Part shown: positions 63,921 through 64,000 of the stretch, one piece after another
How the letters are laid out: each line of letters opens with the position of its first letter
Position numbering within the stretch: the stretch's first letter is position 1
From: Octopus bimaculoides
Taxonomy: Eukaryota
Direction: 5' to 3'
Assembly (NCBI RefSeq): GCF_001194135.2
Contig: NC_068992.1
Location: 57,086,623-57,150,622 of the forward strand
Length of the DNA stretch: 64,000 bases
The notes under the pieces: generated by a model
Databases searched by the model: none
The model's input: the letters and a program-made list of their open reading frames with translations, nothing else
What the model was told of the DNA's origin: nothing
Program-made: the position numbers and the translations under genes

Positions 63921-64000
63921 TAATTTTGGTATTATATTCAACGATGATTTAGAAGCTGCTACAAAATCAATAATGAATTAGCAATAAAGAAATAATGAAC

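Overview
AT-rich, microsatellite-dense eukaryotic scaffold with 17 N-gaps (about 6.4 kb in total). It looks like coleoid cephalopod, probably Octopus, non-coding or intronic DNA; this is an inference from recalled SINE families and repeat density. No intact host gene is recognisable, and almost all ORF-track entries are microsatellite, gap or SINE artefacts. The content is transposon debris. There are more than 20 copies of three or four tRNA-derived SINE families (several with clean target-site duplications) and five Tc1/mariner relics. There are also fragments of Hero-like, R4/Dong-like (RLE), L1/Tx1-like and Penelope (GIY-YIG) retroelements. The most notable structures are two long foldback elements next to (TA)n tracts, at 1139-1506 and 56149-56298. 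Each arm of both carries a minimal type I hammerhead-ribozyme motif with a short palindromic or near-palindromic helix III, the architecture known from Penelope-like elements. A few weak candidate exons (43350-43492 on -, 57812-58050 on +) are reported at low confidence.
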